Shown here: positions 60,560 through 64,000 of the stretch, one piece after another
How positions within the stretch are numbered: position 1 is the stretch's first letter
How the letters are laid out: every line of letters starts with the position of its first letter
From: Hormiphora californensis
Taxonomy: Eukaryota; Animalia; Ctenophora
Assembly (NCBI GenBank): GCA_020137815.1
Contig: CM035359.1
Coordinates: 2,294,001 to 2,358,000 of the forward strand
Length of the DNA: 64,000 bases
Direction of reading: 5' to 3'
Made by a program: the position numbers and the translations under genes
The notes under the pieces: model-generated
The model's database searches: none
Seen by the model: the letters and a program-made list of their open reading frames with translations, nothing else
Told to the model about the DNA's origin: nothing

Positions 60560-63400
60560 CTCAGCGTACAATGACCCCGGCACAGAAAAAGGATATCAAG
60601 AAGAACAGGGTGACCACACCTGAATCTGTGCCGGTAGAATGCTTCTGGGATCCACCACGATCAGAGGAGGTGCATCCTAGAGAAGATGAAGGGGATACAG
60701 CAACATCGTTAAACAGCACACACGCTATAGCGGATACTGAAATAACACCCGATGAGAATGTTAGTGGTCTCTCCTCAGCATCCGATGTAGACGTCGAATC
60801 GAGGGACTTGCTAGTCACTGCAAAGTTATCCCCAAGAACAAAGAAAACGGAAAAAGTGGTCATCCGAAAGCAGGAGAAGAATCAATCCCACACTGACGTG
60901 AGCGATGAGAAAAATGAAATAGTCGATAGTTCAGCAGTGGTTGAGGTCGAGGGCAACAATGAGGACGATGTTATCCCTGAACCCAAGACCGAACGGAAGA
61001 AAAAGAGAAACAAGAGGAGCAAGGCAGCGAAAGTGAAAGCCCTCTCTGGAGAAGAAATACGGAAATCTCAAGAAATTATTGTAAACGGACTCATCTATGG
61101 CCCAGCATGGTGTGAGGATCAAACTAAACACCGGGTGCGCATGTTCATCGATACAGGAAGCCAAGTTAACCTTATTGACTGGACAACTGTATGTAAGTAC
61201 GGGCTAATGTCTGAGATCCGTGAGACAAACAGAAAGTTGAGAGATTTCAGCGGAAATCGGATACCTTGCAGAGGCGCCATCTCCTTGTGTATGATAGTCG
61301 GAGGAGCCACCATTAATCTGGTCAACTTCGTGGTGTGCGAAGGAATGGATACAGATATTCTATTAGGTGACCCATTCTGTCGTAGCACAGGAGCCGCCTT
61401 GGACTATACGAACGCTGAACTAAGAGTCCCAAATGGTGAACCAGTACCTTTCCTGCCAAGACCAAGAAGCACCAAGAAGATTCTCCAGATAAGGTGGGGA
61501 GAAACTACCACAATACCACCTCGTACTATGGGGTATGTCGTAGGATCCCTGAAGGAAGATTGTCTAGGTGATACGATCGGTCTTGTCTCAACTGATTGGT
61601 CACGGAAAAATAATGGCTTACTCATTGGTGACGCAATTGCCGAAGCTATGGAAGGAGACATTCCCATGAGAGTTTTGAACTTTAGCGAGGAGCCGATAAC
61701 CCTCCGAAGGGGTGATAAAGCCGCTAAATTCCGCCCAGTGCCAGAGTACGACCCTTATTCTAGAGTGGAATGGGAAGACCGAATCCAATTTCTCCGTGAG
61801 TCTGAGGAACCGGAAGTCGAGAAATGGACAAAGGAAGAGCTATTCGAGCGTCTAAAAGTAAAAACTGCATCCAGAAACCTCACGAAACAACAGGCTCAAG
61901 ATCTACAAGACATCATTTGGGAGCACAGGGATTGTTTTGCATACGATGAGTATGATCTCGGTTCCTGCAATATGTACAAAGCTACGATCAAGTTGAAGGA
62001 AGGGGCTACACCTCAGTGGACCCCTCCATTCCCTTGCCCATACAAGCTTGAGGGGGAGATGCAGAAAACAATCGATGAGATGGTGAAAACGAATGTGGTG
62101 GAGATCCTTCCGCAACGGTCAGATTGGAACTCACCAACATTCCTGGTACGAAAGAAAACACCTAAAGGGCAGCCTCAGCGTTACAGGCTTGTGTGCGACC
62201 TAAGGAACGTGAACAAGATGTGTATGCCAGCAAAACTTCCCATTGGCTCATTTGGATCATGTCTTGGATAAAATCGGCCAGGACAAGATATTCTCCTCTT
62301 TTTGACCTTACCCGAGGATACTGGCAGCTTCCCTATGATGAATCCTCGAAACAGATCACTGCCTTCTTGTATAAGAACACCCAGTACGCATTCTCGAAGA
62401 CAGTGATGGGACATCGATCATCCGGACCATCTTTCTGTGATATGATGAATCGTCTGCTCGGATCTCTCCCGATAGAACAAGTTGTCCAAATTTGTGGACG
62501 ACCTCCTCCTATCTTCTGTCACAGCTGACCAGCACCTTGATCGGTTGGAACGGCTTCTATCCAGATTGTATGGTGCGAACCTCAAGATTTCACCCGACAA
62601 AAGTCAGCTGATGAGAGATTGCAGTTGATTTCGTTGGAGGTTCGTGTCAGCGGTGGCGGTATAAGTATCACTGAAGACCGTGTAGCTGACCTCCTAGCAC
62701 TCCGTGAGCCTGAATCAAAGAAAGAGGTCATGCAAGCAATGGGTGCCCTGAACTATGTGAGAAAGTGGATTCCAGCCTACAGTTCTATCAGTAAGCCAAT
62801 ATTCGCTTCTATACGCGGGGGAAAGGAGTGCAAGTTCAAATGGACCAAAGAGTGTAGTGAAGCGTACGCCAAGCTGAAGCAGCTCGTCGCGGAAAGTACA
62901 CAGCTTGCAATACCGAATCCGAGGATCCCTACAGCTCCTACTGGGTCACACTAGATGCCAGTGAGCGAGGTTTAGGTGCCTCCTTATCCAGGAATGGGTA
63001 ACCATGATGGAGTAGAGGAACGAAGACGATTGTCGATTACATATAAGCCAGAGCATCCCCCAGAGTACAAGAAATCGCGCAGGACAGACGAAAGCTGAGT
63101 TGAGGCTCTATCCCGCAGCAATCCAAAACACTGGGACCATCTATCTTTACAACGTGGAAGAGTTTTGTCTCATCATAACAGACTGTTTATCCTATGGTTA
63201 AAGCCGAGGGTACCCTTTTCACGAAACCAGGACAACGCGCGGTTTGATCAAGAAAAGTCTGAAGTTAGCCGAATTCACACTTCAAAACTCCGGACATTTT
63301 TAAGTGGCCGAAAAACAAGATGGTGACTGGTTGTTCGAGGTGTCAGCCTTCGCCAACCCAAGGAACGAAGCCGCCGAAACACAAACGACACGCACAATCA
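60487..63400 (+). pseudogene. Pol (protease, dUTPase-like fold, RT, RNase H), frameshifted after ~62250
   Basis: FIDTGS protease, WNSPTFLV, RLVCDLRNVN, FDLTRGYWQL, FVDD (~62490), LNYVRKWI, LDASERGLGA (~62950). Indel density rises toward the window end (decay or poor consensus). Confidence 0.85.
60490..60550 (+). promoter_or_regulatory. Putative -1 ribosomal frameshift signal (G_TTA_AAC + stem-loop)
   Basis: Heptamer at 60490-60496, 6-nt spacer, 10-bp stem gcggtcggag/ctccggccgc. The pol frame is -1 and open from 60487. Confidence 0.7.
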
Positions 63401-64000
63401 TGAAGATTTGACTAAAGTGTGTTCAGGTGTAATCTATTGCGATAGAAACAAAACGCAAGAGAGATACAAACACAAATGTCGTCCGAAAGATACCTGGAGG
63501 ATCGTCACAAAAAACTACACAGCAGTCCGAAGCAGACACAGAAAAGGAACTGAAGCAGGGACACCAGAGTCCGAAAGGCCAGACACGAGTCCAACCATGA
63601 GATCGTTTTAGCAGCGACATGGATACAGGAACGTACAACGTCTACTGAAGATTCATACTGAAGAATAATCTCTGGCGACAACACGACCTCACCTACGTTT
63701 AGGACAGTGACCAAAGCGAGTGCGAAGTCTTATAATCGTTACAGAGCACTCAGTTTCCGGAAGCAATCGTTACTCACGGAGATAAAATACTTCAGTAAAC
63801 GGAGACGAGGGGTCAACCCACCCGAATCAGTGTGGATGAAAACAGCCACACGAAACATGAGAGTATTGGCTCGGAAGAAAATCTAGGCCTATGCAAGATA
63901 CTCGACAATCTGGTGAGCTGTGAAGAGATAACCACCCATCCAATAAAAGTCATGAATGAAGATAACGAAAGCAGAAGAAGAATGGTCATATGAGCAGGAG

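Larger units (their letters stand above)
58191..64000 (+). mobile_element. Gypsy/Ty3 LTR retrotransposon, 5' portion (runs off the window)
   Basis: Putative LTR ~58191-58719 (TG..CA, aataaa near 58592; left boundary uncertain), PBS-like tggtgacttcc at 58722, gag, then the PR-RT-RNaseH order. Confidence 0.9.

Overview
Eukaryotic (animal) genomic DNA, intron-rich and dense in transposons and simple repeats. It is not prokaryotic. The repeat types and nested-gene layout suggest an early-branching marine invertebrate such as a ctenophore (inference only). Manual splicing gives six host-type genes, mostly invisible in the ORF track: (1) a FLYWCH zinc-finger gene at the left edge; (2) a long + strand gene for a secreted 4xIg + (Asp-Gly)32 + ZP-domain protein; (3) a METTL27-like methyltransferase and (4) a two-ShKT-domain secreted peptide, both nested antisense in introns of gene 2; (5) a 2-exon ~67-aa candidate neuropeptide/prohormone precursor; (6) a - strand gene for 3 GDNF-receptor/GAS1-like Cys domains fused to a ZP domain with a GPI-like tail. 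Mobile DNA includes a young Penelope-like retroelement (RT + GIY-YIG, partial tandem, two hammerhead ribozymes) inserted in a minisatellite, a tandem Helitron array, a 1.86-kb foldback Harbinger-like element whose empty site is also present, many MITEs with clear TSDs, and the 5' part of a Gypsy LTR element with a likely -1 frameshift signal. Several single-base frameshifts, two garbled stretches and a duplicated block point to an imperfect assembly, so exon boundaries need transcript confirmation.
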